NCBI RefSeq assembly: GCF_964355755.1
Contig: NC_092679.1
Span: forward strand, 11,701,432 to 11,765,431
Reading direction: 5' to 3'
Source of the DNA: Antedon mediterranea
Lineage: Eukaryota > Animalia > Echinodermata
DNA length: 64,000 bases
Of this stretch, positions 11,305-24,203 are shown piece by piece (position 1 is the stretch's first letter; every line of letters begins with the position of its first letter). The translations under genes and the position numbers were made by a program. Below the pieces are notes generated by a model. That model saw only the letters and a program-made list of their open reading frames with translations, did no database searches and was not told where the DNA came from.

Positions 11305-14300
11305 ATGTCGTCTGAGCCTGCGCCGTACGGACAGTATGAAGATATCAACGCAGACAATAGACCGTCTCGCTTCAATAAGTGTTTGGCAGATAGCATCAGT
11401 ACGACTGATCGGATTGCACACTACGACACGTGGGCAAAGACATATGACGAGGTTAGAATTGTGATAAAGGGCAAAAACAACACTTTTTAAACGCGCGAGT
11501 AAATGTGTTTAAAGCCTGTTTTCCATTAGGGAACATAATCACGCGAATCAAACATTACTTGCAAACATTTCTAGTTCTGATCATAATTGCGCAATTTTCA
11601 TATCACAGATCCATGGTCTGAAATGGGTTGTTTCTTAACGCTTAAAGGATGAACGTTTCGCATGTCTGTTTTTTTACTATGGAAAATAATTGCATAGAAA
11701 TTTTAGATTGATATTAAACATTTTCTTTTTCAAGGATATGAGGTCATACGGTTTCACTGGACCAGAAATAGCCGTTAAATATATGAAAAGGTATTTTAAA
11801 GATACTAACGCCAAATATTTGGATTGTGGAGCCGGTACTGGACTTTTAGGTGTACACGTAGGTTATTGTTACTCGGCTTCATTTAAAAAAAACAACACTA
11901 TTATAACAATAATAGAAATTTGGAGATAATCTCCTACAACCGACAGCTTTTTTGTATTTGATTTTCGACTCATTTTTATTTTATTTCATCAAAACCAACA
12001 GCAACAAAAGTTGCCACTTAAAGGTATGAAACAGAACAGATGCAATAAATCTATGTAAAATAAATTTAAATAAAAATATGTTAAATAGTAAAAATTAGCC
12101 TATTGAGCACAATGGATGGTACAAGGATTAGCATTATCAATCCGTTTCTATTTCGTTTTGTTGACTAGATTAAGGAGTTGGGGTACACAGACTTCCACGC
12201 ACTCGATGCATCCAGCGTGGCACTGGAGAAGGCAAAATCCAGACAAGCATATACTAAATTTATTGAAGAATTCATTACTACAGGGAAACTTGGCATAGAA
12301 ACAGGTATGATAGTGCTGAGGCCTTTACTTGTGGTGTAGTACTGATGATTTTACCAGGAAGGTTACGAATGAAACAGCTTCTATCGTATGACATAGCGCT
12401 CGCAAAGAGACATAATTAGTTAGTTTTTAGCTTGAATGAATGCGTAAATGGCATGGCTCTAGCTAGGCCTAAAAGAGGACGGGATCTCAGTCCCGATGTT
12501 TAAATACAAGGTGCATTTATTTATTTCATTTGTTAGAAAAAATAATGGTATCAGTTGATATGTAGTTTGTAGCCTAGTTTTTTTTCAACAGTTGTATTTG
12601 TAGTCAAGTTAGGCCTTATTTATTCTAGCCTTTGCTCTAGCTAGGCCTAAAAGAGGACGGGATCGCTGCAATCCCTATGTTTAAATACAAGGTGCATTTA
12701 TTTATTTCATTTGTAAGAAAAAATAATGGTATCAGTTGATATGTAGTTTGTAGCCTAGTTTTTTTCAACAGTTGTATTTGTAGTCAAGTTAGGCCTTATT
12801 TATTCTAGCCTTTTTTGTTGTTGAAATCCATCTCACACATTGACGATACAGCCTAGGTAAAACATTGTTTCTCGTCATAACATGAAACGTTCTGATTGGA
12901 TTGCCGTAGCGTCGTACGCTAAAACGGTACTATCAACCGTTTTCCACTACAACGCTACAAGCGTCGTACAACGCGTTGTACGCTAATCCCCAACTGTTCA
13001 GACACACATTCTTTTAGCGTCGTACGCTAATACGGTCTAACGCCATGGTTCTGAACAGGGCCATATAGTGTCCCCTACGTCTGCACATGGAGAAATAAGT
13101 TACGAAGGAGTGACATAAATCACACATCAAATGAACAGACCTCCTCTCCGCTAATTGAATTATCTTACTGTTACGTAACATTTTAATGGACGCTGATTTG
13201 TCATGTGTCAAATCTGAGCATAGGATATCCATTGGTTTGCTTGTGATGCGTCATCACCTGAGACTCGACCAAACGGACGGTTCAGCGGAGACTGCCTGCG
13301 ACTGCATCACACAACGTTCTCAAAAACGTACATTTTTTTGTGCTTTAAAAACATCAATAATTAATTTGTATGTAAATGTCGTTTTCTATCTGCATTTACT
13401 ACTGCGTTTTTGGTCTTTAGATACATATGATGGTTTGTTGTGTTGTGGTTGTTTTGTTCCTGGGCATTTAGAACCAGATTGTGTTGAAGATTGGTGCCGT
13501 ATTGTTAAAACAGGTAGGCGTGACACGATTATTATTTTATTTCTATGGCCGTTGTCTGTCATTCATCTGGATTGATGAAACTAAGCCAGGACTGTTTAAA
13601 ACACCTTTGGCTGGTCCTAACATTGATCAAGGGCTTCACTTGTCCAGTGCCCATCTTTACTAGAAGAGAGGCATAAGCCGATACGTCTGAGACAGATACA
13701 GGTGCTGCTGCCATAAGATTTAGCAGCGCTGATTTCAAATGCCTAATGTGACCCCAGCACCATATACAACACCCAATATTTCCAGATGGTATCCCATTCA
13801 GCTAGCTCGACCAACCCAGCGTTATCTTCGGTGATCTCACAAAAAGAAGAACCGATGTTTCAACGTGGTAAGGCCGCATACACGATACACGATATATTTA
13901 TTGTCACTTTTGGAAAATACAAAAGTAATTTTTTTTCTGATGCTAAAACAAGTAAAACAATTATAAAGATAGTAAAAACAGGCAACTTAAAAAAGTAGAT
14001 ATGGTGTGGATTTCACATAATTTTGTAACAATAAACGTAACCACCAAATGACCACGTAATATGAGGTACAGCTTTGAATGAATGAATCTATATTAGATTT
14101 TCCAATAATGCCCAAAAGTAAACGTTACCGGTCGACCACAGGTGTTTCTGCCTGTCATATTATTTATGTTGAGATTCTCTGTGTTTAGAGAAGGATGCTT
14201 TAGACCAGGTCCGCCTTATATTATTAGCCAATCAAAATCGTATAATTTTTGGAGGGACAATGTTATCCTCCTCTGAAGCCTAAAATTTGCATATCCAGTA

Positions 14301-14839
14301 TAAAAGTAGAATGTAATAGATATTAGAGAAGAAGAGAGAATAAGATCAGAGTAGATAAACGGAAAGATGATAAAGAATATATTAAGGCTTGACTGGTAGT
14401 GTTAGAAAGATGTATTAAGATAAATTCACTACACTGCCAATGAACGAATTGTTCAACTTATTTGTTTAGTAAACAGCGACGTTTCAAAACCTATCCATGC
14501 CTATTGATTTCTATTTTTAGTTATGATGTCATACAGCGTATTTAATCCCTGTCGCTCTTTCTGTATTGTGCGAGCCCTTGCTTTATTTTGGTATCGAGCT
14601 TTTCTCCATTTCTTAATGATTTATCAAAACAGTTTTTTTCTGGCTTATTAGGTGGTATTGTAATCATTGTAATGAACCAACGGTGGCTATCACAAGAACC
14701 AGCTTACAACGAAGGCAAACTTGAGGGTGCCTTCCAGAAACGTGTCGACGAAGGCAAATGGGAATTAGTTGTTAGAGAACAGAGAGATAAATATTTTACA
14801 AATGATGTAGCAGAAGTGTTTGTTTTCAAAATAAAATAA
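11305..14839 (+). CDS. METTL27: METTL27/WBSCR27-like class I SAM methyltransferase, paralog 1 (228 aa); exons 11305-11451, 11735-11857, 12169-12304, 13421-13513, 14652-14839
   Basis: All four introns GT-AG with consistent phases (0,0,1,1); 687-nt open CDS; YDTWAKTYDEDM, motif I LDCGAGTG, ALDASS, YDG..CCGCFVPGH, RIVKTGG; same exon structure as paralog 2. Confidence 0.88.
12456..12812 (+). repeat. Intronic tandem duplication, 2 x ~178 bp
   Basis: GCTCTAGCTAGGCCTAAAAGAGGACGGGATC starts at 12456 and 12634; units nearly identical. Confidence 0.9.
13528..13881 (-). mobile_element. 5S rRNA-derived SINE (SINE3-type) in intron 4
   Basis: Minus strand GTATGCGGCCTTACCACGTTGAAA...GATCACCGAAGATAA...GAATGGGATACCATCTGGAAAATATTGGGTGTTGTA follows the 5S rRNA consensus, then ~230 bp of unrelated body and an AAT-rich tail. 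Confidence 0.72.
14153..14433 (+). mobile_element. Solo LTR of the Gmr1-type Gypsy family, in intron 4
   Basis: TG...CA ends; 5-bp TSD CTGCC (14148-14152, 14434-14438); matches the reverse complement of LTRs 53840-54232/61098-61490 but is ~110 bp shorter; contains CCAAT and TATAAAAG. Confidence 0.9.
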
Positions 14840-15207
14840 CTAAAATGCGCATGCACACACAGACACACCTGCACAGAGTCGTCAGATCTAATTTTCCGTT
14901 ATAGGCCTACATTATACAAATTAATAGACGCTTACTATACAAATTAATAGACGCTTACTATATAAATTTTATTGTAAAGACATATTATACAGTACAATGT
15001 AACCTGTACGACAAATAACACTATACTTAAATTCCATAAAAGTAATTTCAAACCATGTATAAAAAAGTTTATGTAATAAAGAAATTAACAATTCTTTAGA
15101 ATATAATTATATGTTATTTATTTTTGGTGATTTCCGTCAGTGATAAGTATAATGTTTAAAGTGATTTAAAATTATACACTATGGAAATGTAGTCACAGAA
15201 CCGACCC

Positions 15208-17110
15208 CAGGGGTGGCGCCAGGACCTTCCCGACGCGGGGGCTACATTCTCCGACGAGGGGGCTATGCAAGCATCACAAGGCTGGGGGCCAGAGGGCCGC
15301 CAAGGGCCCCCGGTGGGGGTCAAGGGGGCGAAGCTCCCGGAAGCAACGCGTTCTAGCGTCATTTGTGGTCATTTTAATCAGATTTAGGGTAGCCATTTTT
15401 TCCATTTTTTATAATGCATAAATAAAATACTGCGTGCAAAAAAAACGATGCGCGATGACTGTTTCAATCCATATTTTTCAATTTAAAAAATAAAAGTTCA
15501 AAGAAAATTTAGAAAAATAGAGTTGGAGGTCCTGGAAATTGGACTTATTATACTTCAAAACATGAAACAAAATATATAAGTCCCTATCATGGTTGTGACT
15601 GAGCTAAGAAATGTTTGAAAAATAGAGATGTTAGGTCCCGGAAAATGTACTTCTTGTACTTCGAAATATGACCAGCTTTATTGTTGGGGCTGAGCTAAGA
15701 AAATGTTTAAAACTAGAGCTGCAGGTCTTCAAAAAATTGCATTTTATACTTTGGAAACATCAGGCCCAGAGGCTTAAAAAACGCAACCGTAGACCTTTTT
15801 CAGTCGGGGAAATAAGTTTATTCCTCCCAAGTGTATGCCTGCGTACCATCTGGACTTCCGAGTGGTGAGAAATTCATGACATACAGGACATTGAAAATTT
15901 AATAACTTAGCTATAATAAGATGTTGGCTAAGCGAAAATGGCATGTTTTTTTGTTTAGTAATGGATGAAATATTTATTTTAGGTGCCCCACGGTACAGAA
16001 GGTTACTTGTAAATTAAAAAATTGGTGAACATACGAACAATTAACATAATTCGTTTTTGCTGTAGTGTAGCGTACGTCGACACAGTACACGACGTAACCG
16101 TCGGTAAACTTCGCCTGGAAAATAACTACAGTACACATTTTGGTCCCTGGATGGAACATGATATCACGACCCAACGTTGAACGATTCGTACAAAGGGATA
16201 CCGCCAGACAAGTGCGTACCTATAGCTATTGTTTAGTAGTAAGTTAGATCGAATAATGAATGCATATAAAGTGCATAATATCACTCTGACGTACTCTCAC
16301 GGTCCATGAAACGTCGAGGTTTTCTAGGCGCTGAAGCTACGAAGTGAACGCGAACGAATTATATTCCCCGACAAAAAGTACCCGAACCGTCGGTAAACTT
16401 CGCCTGGAAAATAACTAAAATTACACATTTTGGTCCCTGGATGGAACTTGATATCACGCGTCTCGACCCAACGTTGAACGATTCGTACAAAGGGATACCG
16501 CCAGACAAGTGCGTACCTAGCTAATGTTTAGTAGTAAGTTAGATCGCTGGCAATAATGAATGCATATAAATTGCATAATAGCACTCTGGCGTACTCTCAC
16601 GGTCAATGAGACGTCGCGGTTTTCTAGGCGCTGAAGCTACCAAGGGAACGAACGCGAACGTTTTTTACTGTATATTATATTCCCCGACAAAAAGTACCCG
16701 TGTTCCCTTCGGTAACCGTCGGTAAACTTCGCCTGGAAAATAACTACATTACACATTTTGGTCCCTGGATGGAACATGATATCACGCGTCTCGACCCAAC
16801 GGTGAACGATTCGTACAAAGGGATACCGCCAAACAAGTGCGTTCTAGCTATTTTTTAGTAGTTAGATCTCTGGCAATAATGAATGCATAAAAGTGCATAA
16901 TAGCCCTCTGACGTATTCTCACGGTCAATGGAACGTCGTGGTTTTCTAGGCGCTGAAGCTATATGAAGTGAACGCGAACGTTTTTTACTGTATAGTTATA
17001 TTCCCCGACAAAAAGTACCCGTGTTCCCCGACGGGGGGGGGGGGGGGGGAGCTAGGCTCCCCGACGAGGGGGCTAGAGCCCCCGTAGCCCCCCCGCTGGC
17101 GCCACCACTG
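15208..17110. mobile_element. Non-autonomous hAT transposon with internal tandem repeat
   Basis: 8-bp TSD ACCGACCC (15200-15207, 17111-17118); TIR CAGGGGTGGCGCCAG / CTGGCGCCACCACTG. Confidence 0.9.
16096..17030 (+). repeat. Three ~290-330-bp tandem units inside the hAT element
   Basis: AACCGTCGGTAAACTTCGCCTGGAAAATAACT at 16096, 16385 and 16714. Confidence 0.9.
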
Positions 17111-17422
17111 ACCGACCCGGGTTTAAGTGGGCAACGTTGTGCCTTAGTAGATGACCTAACCAGCTAATTACCAGGCACGACAAAATTAAATCTCATAAAG
17201 GAACTTAGCTGTAGGAGGTTTCCGGAACAATATTATAATTCAAATATAAACATCGCATATTTCATTATAGGTCTAAACAACAGCGGTCGTAAGAAAATGA
17301 ACTTTCCGTGGTCCAATTTTGATGACAACATTAAAGGCAATTGTTTAGAAAAATGTTTGTTAATCCTCGATGCATATACATCATGTCAATAGAGAGACTG
17401 AAATTAGACTGCACACGAGTTA

Positions 17423-17621
17423 TTATGGAACGCCGTTTACGCAACATTTCGATGATATGGATTTTATGACGCGATATGTGAATGAAATGCATCGATATGA
17501 ATTGAATGGCGCGATAACATTTTCATATATCGCGCCATCCAATTCATATCGATGCATTTCATTCACAAATCGCGTCATACAATTCATATCATCGAAATGT
17601 TGCGTAAACGGCGTTCCATAA
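17423..17621. mobile_element. Near-perfect 199-bp hairpin MITE
   Basis: TTATGGAACGCCGTTTACGCAACATTTCGATGATATG... mirrored by ...CATATCATCGAAATGTTGCGTAAACGGCGTTCCATAA; flanked by GTTA on both sides (possible 4-bp TSD). Confidence 0.8.
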
Positions 17622-17812
17622 GTTATACATAAGTACAGTTAAGTTCTATCGTTGTGATTGATTTAGGATATTACCATTGATTTGCAACTTCCTATAGAGG
17701 GCCGCGGTGTTGGTAGAGATTGTTTGAACTTTATTGACAGAGCATTGACCATACTCGTACTCCGAAATTTTGTTTAGCTGCAGCAGTGACTGGGTGTAAT
17801 AAACATCATTTC

Positions 17813-17844
17813 TTCAACATAAGCTAAGTATGTTTTAGATCAAT
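17813..17844 (+). other. Candidate 3' end/donor of non-coding first exon of methyltransferase paralog 2
   Basis: 31/32 match to 3672-3703; donor AA|GTATGT at 17828. Confidence 0.45.
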
Positions 17845-18149
17845 ATCATAATAGATAGTTAGGCCTACGACAATTTGTTTATGCCACTCTGTTGGTACAG
17901 AAAATATGTTTGATAGCTTAATACAATAAGGGGTGAGGAAAGGGTCGTTTCGCTTTTTTTTTGTATCTCCATTGAGATCCAGCCACTCCCACAGCATTGT
18001 CATTTTTTTCAGTAATTAATTTGCTTTTGGATTTGTATGTATGTATATATATATAAACAAATCAGGCAAAGAACGGTAATTCTAAACCGCCCGATGATAT
18101 ACTGAAATTTAATTGATTGTTTAAACGATAAAGATGAGGGAATCTGTGA

Positions 18150-18330
18150 GAATAATAATAATAATAATAATAATAGTTCATTCTTATAAAGCGCATATAA
18201 GCAAGCTCTCAATGCGCTGAACATTATTACCCCAGTCATTTGTTTTGGACCAAACACGTATGGAGCTAGTAATCAGCAAATTTGTGCCTTGATTAACCGG
18301 GTACCCACACACCTGGATAGAGAGTTTTGT
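18150..18330 (-). mobile_element. SINE 3' part with L2-type tail and (TAT)n
   Basis: Minus strand GCGCATTGAGAGC...TGCGCTTTATAAGAATGAAC(TAT)n preceded by a GGGTACCCGG segment. Confidence 0.5.
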
Positions 18331-18445
18331 AGAGCACTCTTCAATTCGAAACGGTGTAGTTTTGTTGTAAATACTAATGGAATAAGTGTACTATGTCCCA
18401 CATACCTGCCTCAGCCAGTTCTGCGGTAGGGCCTACATAAACATG

Positions 18446-18580
18446 AGCTGCACTGACGAGAGCTAAGATAAGGTCTTGTCACACTATCAAACTAGTTTGT
18501 CCAAAAATTGTGTGCCCACATAAAGTTTGATAGTGTAGACAAACCTTGAGATTGAAACAGTAGGCCTACTGTATGTAGAT
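18446..18580 (+). ncRNA. Disrupted type I hammerhead ribozyme (MITE inserted in stem II)
   Basis: CTGCA-CTGACGA-GAGCT [hairpin MITE ~18470-18547] GAGATT-GAAA-CAG..CTG-TA-TGTAG; homologous to the intact copy at 39297-39341. Confidence 0.65.
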
Positions 18581-19272
18581 TGCATAATAACCAATACCGT
18601 ACTATATATTTCAGAAAGAATTATATGGAGTTAATAGCAGAGTTTAAATAATGGTCACGCGTAGATTGCATGGTGATCAAACGGTGATAAACGTTCACAT
18701 TTACAGTATATCATAGACCTATTTATCTCATCAGATCTCATCGATTGCACTGAGGTCACTTAAGCTTCACTCAAACCATGGAGCTATAACATTTTATAAA
18801 ATTTTAACAAACAACTAGATGATGCATATCGATTTAACCATAACCAATGAAATGACTTGGTATCAGGGCCGTGATGATCTAAACAATAGGTTTGCGGTTG
18901 TCTGGCGGTGTACTTTGTACGAATCATCTGTGGCCTAGCTCGCTCTAGTGCGGTATTGGCGTCAATATCGTATTACATCCAGGCTGCAGGGACCAAACAT
19001 TTATATTTATTTTTTTCAGGTGAAAATCGGCAATTCATTTGCAACTCTTTCGTATTGCTCGACGTTATTCACAAATGAATTTTTCAATATATAAAATAAC
19101 CTTTTATACTGCCTGGGGCACGTGTTTGGAGGATTTTCAGAGATGAGGTGACGGGTGTTGGGCATGTCGGGGATGAGGGGTCAAAATAAAATAAAGTTTA
19201 AGCAAAACAACATTGACAGATATGTAAACACTGATTCAAAGCTTCCACCATAAGGAACAAATTAAAGAAACC

Positions 19273-19303
<31 letters not shown>

Positions 19304-20034
19304 TAGAATATTAAAGACATACATATAATAATGGAAGGTTCTGTAATAATTATTTCCGCGCAAAAAAGTTTGTTCGATATTTCTATGCATCTTTTAGATA
19401 TTTTTTACATACTTGTCAAAAATTGTGTCAAGATTAAAGTTTATTATTGAAAAAATGGTCATTACGCAGATGAATTTTTAGATCTACATTGACGAAGTTA
19501 TTTTTAAATAATCCTATTTTAATTTCATCAAATATATTTGTATAACCAAGGCAATCTAACAAAAAAGCTAAGCAGCTCGCCTTGTCAAAATTGAAACTCA
19601 TAAAGAGTTCTTTGATCTTGTGTCTGGCTGTGACAAATACCAACAGTAATATACCCATTATATCCGCGGAGTGGTGTCTGTTAATTAAACATCTGAGGGC
19701 TAATTGGTCGATCGAAAATTCAGTAAAACATTTTAGGGGGATCGTGTCGCAGTCAAAGATAAACCCTTTTGATCTCCAGAGCTGTTTTTTCATGCCTTTC
19801 AATGTTGTTTTGCTTAAACTGTATTTATTTTGACTTTATTGTAATGTTCAACCAAACCCTTTCCCGCATGAGAGTAAAAAGACCGAGATGCATTATTATT
19901 TCCCTTAACACTTGCATTTTGTATACTGTATTGTTATGAGGTCAAACCTTTTTTACTAAAGAGTATTCCTCTGCTACAAAAGAGTGTACCTGTGTTGTTA
20001 TGAGGTCAAACCTCTGCTACAAAAAAGTGTACTT

Positions 20035-20480
20035 TATCAAGCCTTACTTCTGTTTTGTGTAAACTCCTTGAGAAGTTTATAAAAAATATATTAGGTATGT
20101 ACCATCTTGAATCTAATAATTTATTGAGCAACCACTAACACGGGTTTTTTCGGTCCCGTCGATCCTGTCTTACCCAACCTTTAGAATGTTTACACAATGA
20201 TAAGGACGATGGTGACCCAATTGATATTATCTACAGTATTTTGATTGCAGAAAGGCTTTTGACACTTTCCAAATTTATGGCTAACGGTATAAATTGTATT
20301 CTTCTCAAATGGATTTCAAATTTTCTTAGTTCTAGACGTCAATGTTTCCGTCAAAGGATCATTATCTCCATAGCTTCCCGTTTTCCGTGGTGTTGCCTCG
20401 AGGGCTCCGTCCTGTTTTATTAAGCGATAATTGTTCGCAGATGATGCCAAAATGTATAGACCAATACGTACCCCAAATGA
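20035..20480 (+). pseudogene. Degenerate CR1-type RT fragment
   Basis: SLTSVLCKLLEKFIK, RSCLTQ, KAFD, LLKWISNFLSSRRQ, LFADDAKMYRPI with frameshifts. Confidence 0.7.
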
Positions 20481-20489
20481 TGTAACATA

Positions 20490-21245
20490 TACCTTTGTAC
20501 GAATCGTGCTCAGCCCATCCGGTTTACGCGTGATATCGTGTTCCATCCAGGGACCAGAATGTTGTAGGCCTACTGTAGATTTTCCAGCCGAAGTTTACTG
20601 ACGCGTTACGTCGTGTACTGTGTATCGACATCTGGGAAATAAACTGATTTCTCCAACGGAAAATGGTCTACGCTTGCGGACGCATTCCCCTTCAAAAAAG
20701 GGCAAACAGGGCCACTTTTTAGCCCTCTAGGCCTGATATTTTTTAAGTACAAGCGTAATTTTTGAAAACCTGCATCTACTTTCCAAAACTTTCTTAGCTC
20801 AGTCCCAATTATAGAGCTGGTCATGGATATTTATACATTTCGTTTCATATTTCGAAGTACAATACAGTCAGTGCATTGTGTCTCGCGCATTTACAATTTT
20901 CGCACCCCAGACAGCAACCAGCCTACGCTACGATATACCTCTTGGCCCATGGCTAGGTTTTACGTTCGCGTATACTTTCTATGATAGGCATATTGAACTT
21001 CATTTTCAAAATTGAAACAATGGATTTACACAGTCATCGCATCGGATCTTGTGCAATGTGTTTTTCACACAGTATTTTATTTATGTACCATAAAAAATGG
21101 AAAAAGTTGGCTAACCTCTGATTAAAACGGCCTCAAATTATATAACGCATTATTTCCTGGGGATTCTCCCCCTGAACCCCAGCCTAAGTGATGCTCGCTT
21201 CACTCGCATAGCCTCCGTAAGTGAATTTAGCCCCCACATCGAAAA
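20490..21245 (-). mobile_element. Older inverted partial copy of the hAT family at 15208-17110
   Basis: TGATATCGTGTTCCATCCAGGGACC, TTCTTAGCTCAG and CAGTATTTTATTTATG are reverse complements of internal segments of 15208-17110. Confidence 0.7.
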
Positions 21246-21344
21246 GATTCGGCGCAGAAATGCACAACTTTGTATGTTGGACTACGAAAACCACAACATA
21301 GTTATTGCTTAGGTGTATGGCGCGCCAAGCTGTCATTTATTCAA

Positions 21345-21600
21345 GCAATAGAGATATCTTAGTTTTTAATAGAGATATCTTAGTTTTAAATAGAGATATC
21401 TTAGTTTTAAATAGAGATATCTTAGTTTCAAATAGAGATAGCTCTATTAATAGAGATATCTCTATTAACAGAGATATCTCTATTTAAAACTAAGATATCT
21501 CTATTAAAAACTAAGATATCTCTGTTAAAAACTAAGATATCTTAGTTTTAAATAGAGATCTCTATTAATAGAGATATCTCTATTAATAGAGATATCTTAG
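21345..21600. repeat. Foldback minisatellite of ~21-bp AATAGAGATATCTTAGTTTT units in both orientations
   Basis: Direct units followed by inverted AAAACTAAGATATCTCTATT units and palindromic AGAGATATCTCT words. Confidence 0.85.
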
Positions 21601-22647
21601 TATCAGAAACAAATCGAATTCATTACCTTACCACATTGTTTCAAGTCCAACACTTAAAATTGTAAAAAAAACACGAGGAGCCCATACGAGTAATACTGAT
21701 CTTTGCCTCCTTTTTTCGATTAAAGTAAGCAGTTGAAATCAGTGGGGCTCACACCCGTCGAAGACGTGTACTAATGTTGGTAAACAATCTATATATAAAT
21801 TATGGTTATTTTTTACAAAGGTGAGCACAATGGAAAAACTTCGGTACAAATCTCCTCCTTTGATACGTACCTTATATATCTCAGATGTACCGCGAAACGT
21901 AGATTTGATAACATTTGATTCCACTATATATTGTTTCATATTTCTATCTTTGGAAGATATTATAAAGGATTTTATAAAAAAAAAATCTGATTTCATCGGT
22001 AGATTTTTAAAGCTCAGGTACAGGCATGAATTTTAAATATAATATCTGGTTAATTGTACATAAATCAAATATTTGTAACAGAAATCAAGAAAAAAAACAT
22101 GAATTTCCCTTAATATGGTCAAATACAAAATTTGGCAATATTCTGCCATAAAAACCAGGAAGACCTTTTTCCAGTAGTTAGGTAGTTAACCTAATGTAAT
22201 AACATGTCTGGTGACTCCCTAGAAGGTGAAAAAAGATGGTGGATATACGGTGGATTAGTTTTGCTATAGCATGAAAATAAAAATATAAAGTTGAATAAAA
22301 ATATCAGAAATGTAAAATTCCAGTTATACTACCTATATTTAGTCATCGGATAACATTTTTTACCGCACCGTTTAGTTTTCATAGCTTTTTAAATTGCCTC
22401 TTTATTTACAAAATTTGTGTACAAAAGAATAGAGATTTTACTGTGATTTCACTTAAGAAAGTGCTTATTTTCAACAAGCTTGTGTGACACAAATAAAATC
22501 CCAAAAAATTATGAAACATAGGGGAAACTAGATCGATAATTATTGGAATGTATGATCAATAGAAATTTTTTGCCCGTACTCCGCGCGGTAGGAGTAATTT
22601 CCGGGTTCACGGTAAGGTGTGTCAATCACCTTGCAACTTCCTGCATG

Positions 22648-23300
22648 GTTTTTAGTCGCGTGGACGCGACTCTATAGCTCACTATGTCGGTCGGTCGGTC
22701 GGTCGGTCTGTCTGTCGGTCTGTCTGTCGGTCTGTCTGTCGGTCCGGTATCACTATGCGTTTTATTGCTTTTCTGTACTTTTTGAACTGTTTTGATGTCA
22801 ACATGTGGGCATTTACGTGAAATTGTGCACCTCTTATTGTGAATGACGTTAGAGTTGCGCAACGAGATTTACGCGCGATTTAACGATTTTCTCAAAAACC
22901 AAATAACATTTTATATTGAAACTTTGCAAAAGTTTAATTTATATCAGGCGCTAACTTTCTGTTGTAAAAAAAAATGTGTGTTTTACACAAAGTTACGCGC
23001 GCACGCACATTTAAAATTTTAAAATGCGCAAAACTAATTTTTAATAAACAACTTTCTACGCGTTTTTTGTCATTTTGAGCAATTCAAAAATTCCCATACG
23101 CTCGCAAATTTTTACGCGCGTGTTGCGCACGTAGCGTTAAATACATACTTTTTTCGCGTGATTAAAGCTGATTGGGTGATTGGGTCACATTGGGTGCAAT
23201 AGTACGCACTATTAAAAGATAACTTAATAGTACTTTTTTTGTGTACGAAAAAGAAAGTCTGTTCTCGTTTCGAAAATATTTATTTTTTATACTAATGCTT
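22648..23300 (+). mobile_element. Helentron-associated non-autonomous element (HINE/DINE-1-like), long form; 3' end uncertain
   Basis: T-run, then AGTCGCGTGGACGCGACT hairpin and a (GTCG/GTCT)n microsatellite; same 5' end as 48640-48822. Confidence 0.7.
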
Positions 23301-24100
23301 TTGAAATACAACAGCGCGACCTTTTTTGTACTATCGCCGCGAATTGAATGTTATGACTGGCATTGCGATGGGAGTACATTTTTGGAGAGATATAATAATG
23401 TACTAATTTAGCTCAAAAATGGCATTTAAATTAGCTTTAGATCATTTGTAGCATTTTGATTAATTAATGGAAACATCTCCAAAAGACGTGGAATCGTTGG
23501 AAAAAATATAATTAGCCTAGATAAGTTCCAGTTGCCTGTCGAAGTTTCGTATTCGGTATTGTTGTCTTTCAGCCTTGCTAGTTGGCCTAGACTAGGCCTG
23601 TTATTAGTATTAGGCTAGGCATAGGCGTTTTAGCCTTGGTAGGCCTGTGATTGTTTAGTCGTTTGTTGACATACGGTAATTAACAATACAGTAGGTGTGT
23701 TTATAACTCCATATAAATATAATATTTAATATAGGCCTATTATTAAAAATTAAATGTTACTGTTTTAAAGATGAAATGAAAATGAAGATTAATTGAATCA
23801 GACTTTGAATAGGTTATTTTGTAGTTTTAATAATCACTTTCATAGAAAAAAAAAAATGAAAAAAATAATGTTTTCAATTATAAAATAACATGATAAATGT
23901 AATAGTTATTAACTATATGTGACATTAAAATAGCATATTCAACCAAAAAAATTTTAACAATTTATTTTTCAGGAGGACAATACATTTTTAATCAATGAGA
24001 ATCAAATGTAGGCATTGGCTAGGTCTAGGTACCTTATTTGATTCAAATGAATCTATTTAGATGTTATATAAAACAAATAATGAATGTTTTATCACATTCA

Positions 24101-24203
24101 TGTAATGGTACAAACAATGGCTTTGGTGAATGATGAAATGTTATATTTCAACTCGGCTTCTCCTCGTTGAAACATCACCTCATGCCATTATTTGTACCAT
24201 TAC
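24101..24203. mobile_element. Small palindromic MITE (possibly Crypton-like)
   Basis: TGTAATGGTACAAACAATGGC ... GCCATTATTTGTACCATTACA with central CTCGGCTTCTCCTCG. Confidence 0.5.

Noticed and set aside
19434-19833. 122-aa and 83-aa overlapping ORFs, faintly RT-like (FNFDKA)
   Set aside because: Too weak to assign without a profile search.
21305-21487. NRDILV-repeat ORF
   Set aside because: Translation of the 21-bp minisatellite.
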